Positions 62,280 to 64,000 of a stretch of DNA of 64,000 nt are shown one piece after another. The DNA lies in assembly GCF_963921235.1 (NCBI RefSeq), contig NC_086097.1, forward strand, positions 252,342,001 to 252,406,000. Reading direction: 5' to 3'. How positions within the stretch are numbered: position 1 is the stretch's first letter; each line of letters begins with the position of its first letter. Both the position numbers and the translations under genes were made by a program. The notes beneath the pieces are model-generated. The model saw nothing but the letters and a program-made list of their open reading frames with translations, was not told the origin of the DNA and made no database searches. The stretch comes from Mobula hypostoma (taxonomy: Eukaryota).

Positions 62280-62587
62280 TGTGGCACATGGCCAAGTGGT
62301 TAAGGCGTTCGTCTAATGACCTGAAGGTCGCTAGTTTGAGCCTTGGCTGAGGCAGCGTGTGTGTGTCCTTGAGCAAGGCACTTAACCACACATTACTCTG
62401 CCACAACACTGGTGCCAAGCTGTATGGGTCCTAATGCCCTTCCCTTGGACAACGTCAGTGGCGTGGAGAGGGGAGACTTGCAGCATGGGCAACTGCCAGT
62501 CTTCCATACAACCTTGCCCAGGCCTGCGCCCTGGAAACCTTCCAAGGTGCAAATTCATGGTCTCACGACACTAACGGAGGCCTACAA
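62280..62587 (+). mobile_element. tRNA-derived SINE with a central core and RTE-like tail, 12-bp TSD
   Basis: It has an A box TGGCCAAGTGG, a B-box-like AGTTTGAGCC and a core GTGTCCTTGAGCAAGGCACTTAACC. TATTATGTATTG is duplicated at 62268-62279 and 62588-62599. Confidence 0.85.
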
Positions 62588-62984
62588 TATTATGTATTGC
62601 AATATACTCCTGCCACAAAACAACAAATTTCACAAATGTCAGTGATATTAAACCTGATTCTGATTCACTAATTCAACAATCATTGCCTTCAACATGGCAG
62701 CATCCATCAGAAAGGATCCCCGTCACCCAGGGCATGCCCTCATTGCTACCATCGGGGGGGATGTACAGGAGCCCGAAGAAACATTCAACTTCTTCCTCTC
62801 TGCCATCAGACTTCTAAATGGACAATGAACCCATGAACCTCACTTATTTGGTTCTTTTAGCACTAATTAAATTTGTTATATATATTTCGTATTGTATAGT
62901 TTTTAGTATATATTGCAATGTACTGCTGATTGAAAACAACATATTTCATGACGTATATCAGTGATATTAAACCTGAATATGACC

Positions 62985-64000
62985 CCTCCAGCACCACCAC
63001 CTCCATCTGGCAGAACTGGTCTTCACCCTCAACAACTTTCCTTCAGCTCCTGCCGCTTTCTCCTGATTTGGGGTAACCATGGGCACCCGAATGGACCCCA
63101 GCTATGCCTGCCTCTTCACTGGATATGTAGAACTGTCCATGTTCCAAGTCTTCCCTGGTACTACCCCTCACTCTTCCCCTGCTGCCTCATGCGCCCATGG
63201 TGAGCTTGTCAATTTCGCCACCTTTGCCTCCAACTTTCACCTTGCCCTTAAATTCACTTGGTTTGCTTCTGACAGCTCCCTCTCCCTCTCCCTCTCCCTC
63301 TCCCTCTCCCTCTCCCTCTCCCTCTCCCTCTCCCTCTCCCTCTCCCTCTCCCTCTCCCTCTCCCTCTCCCTCTCCCTCTCCCTCTCCCTCTCCCTCTCCC
63401 TCTCCCTCTCCCTCTCCCTCCCCCTCTCCCCCTCTCCCCCTCTCCCCCTCTCCCCCTCTCCCCCTCTCCCCCTCTCCCCCTCTCCCCCTCTCCCCCTCTC
63501 CCCTCTCCCCCTCTCCCCCTCTCCCCCTCTCCCCCTCTCCCCCTCTCCCCCTCTCCCCCTCTCCCCCTCTCCCCCTCTCCCCCTCTCCCCCTCTCCCCCT
63601 CTCCCCCTCTCCCCCTCTCCCCTCTCCCCCTCTCCCCCTCTCCCCCTCTCCCCTCTCCCCCTCTCCCCCTCTCCCCCTCTCCCCCTCTCCCCCTCTCCCC
63701 CTCTCCCCCTCTCCCCCTCTCCCCCTCTCCCCCTCTCCCCCTCTCCCCCTCTCCCCCTCTCCCCCTCTCCCCCTCTCCCCCTCCCCCCCCTCTCTCCCCC
63801 TCTCTCTCTCGCTCTCTCTCTCCCTCCCTCCCTCCCCCCCGGACACAAACTGTCAACCGACATCTTTTATAAACCTACTGATTCCCACTGCTATCTTGAC
63901 TATACCTCTTCCCACCCCGTCTCCTGTAAGATTGCTATTCCTTTTTCTCAGTTTCTTCACCTCCACCACATCAGGTCATGGCTTTTCGTTCCAGGACATC
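62985..64000 (+). mobile_element. Penelope-like element RT fragment, interrupted by a microsatellite expansion
   Basis: It encodes LHLAELV..LNNFSF and [13 protein letters not shown], then [34 protein letters not shown]. Confidence 0.85.
63276..63840. repeat. Polypyrimidine microsatellite: (CCCTCT)n followed by (CCCCCTCT)n
   Basis: Directly visible, about 560 bp of almost pure C/T. Confidence 0.97.

Noticed and set aside
63187..63863. Gly/Glu/Arg-rich ORFs on the minus strand
   Set aside because: They are translations of the CT microsatellite.

Overview
This is vertebrate genomic DNA. The repeat content (CR1/HER1-type 3' tails, Rex/Babar, Penelope-like and DeuSINE-like repeats) suggests a cartilaginous fish; that is an inference. 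One host gene is supported: PLEKHF2/Phafin2 (PH + FYVE + acidic tail) on the + strand. Its 248-aa CDS lies in a single exon at 56647-57393. Its probable non-coding first exon is in a CpG island at about 19.5-20.7 kb, giving an intron of about 36.8 kb, and it is followed by a 3' region of about 4 kb that is nearly free of transposons. The rest of the window is nested transposon debris: an L1 retaining both termini and a 15-bp TSD with a Tigger derivative inside, solo LTRs within a 41-bp satellite, and CR1, Rex, L2, RTE, Penelope and SINE pieces. There are also three decayed tRNA-Leu copies sharing a flank and two GC-rich minisatellites just after exon 1. The most notable observations are: minimal hammerhead-ribozyme motifs in Penelope terminal repeats, including an inverted pair; an out-of-frame upstream ATG at the predicted exon1/exon2 junction; duplicated CLEAR-type E-boxes; a 3.5-kb array of G-quadruplex motifs in intron 1; and a perfect 42-bp local templated insertion. 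I found no convincing new protein-coding system. Repeat boundaries and family calls are by eye and approximate unless a TSD is quoted.
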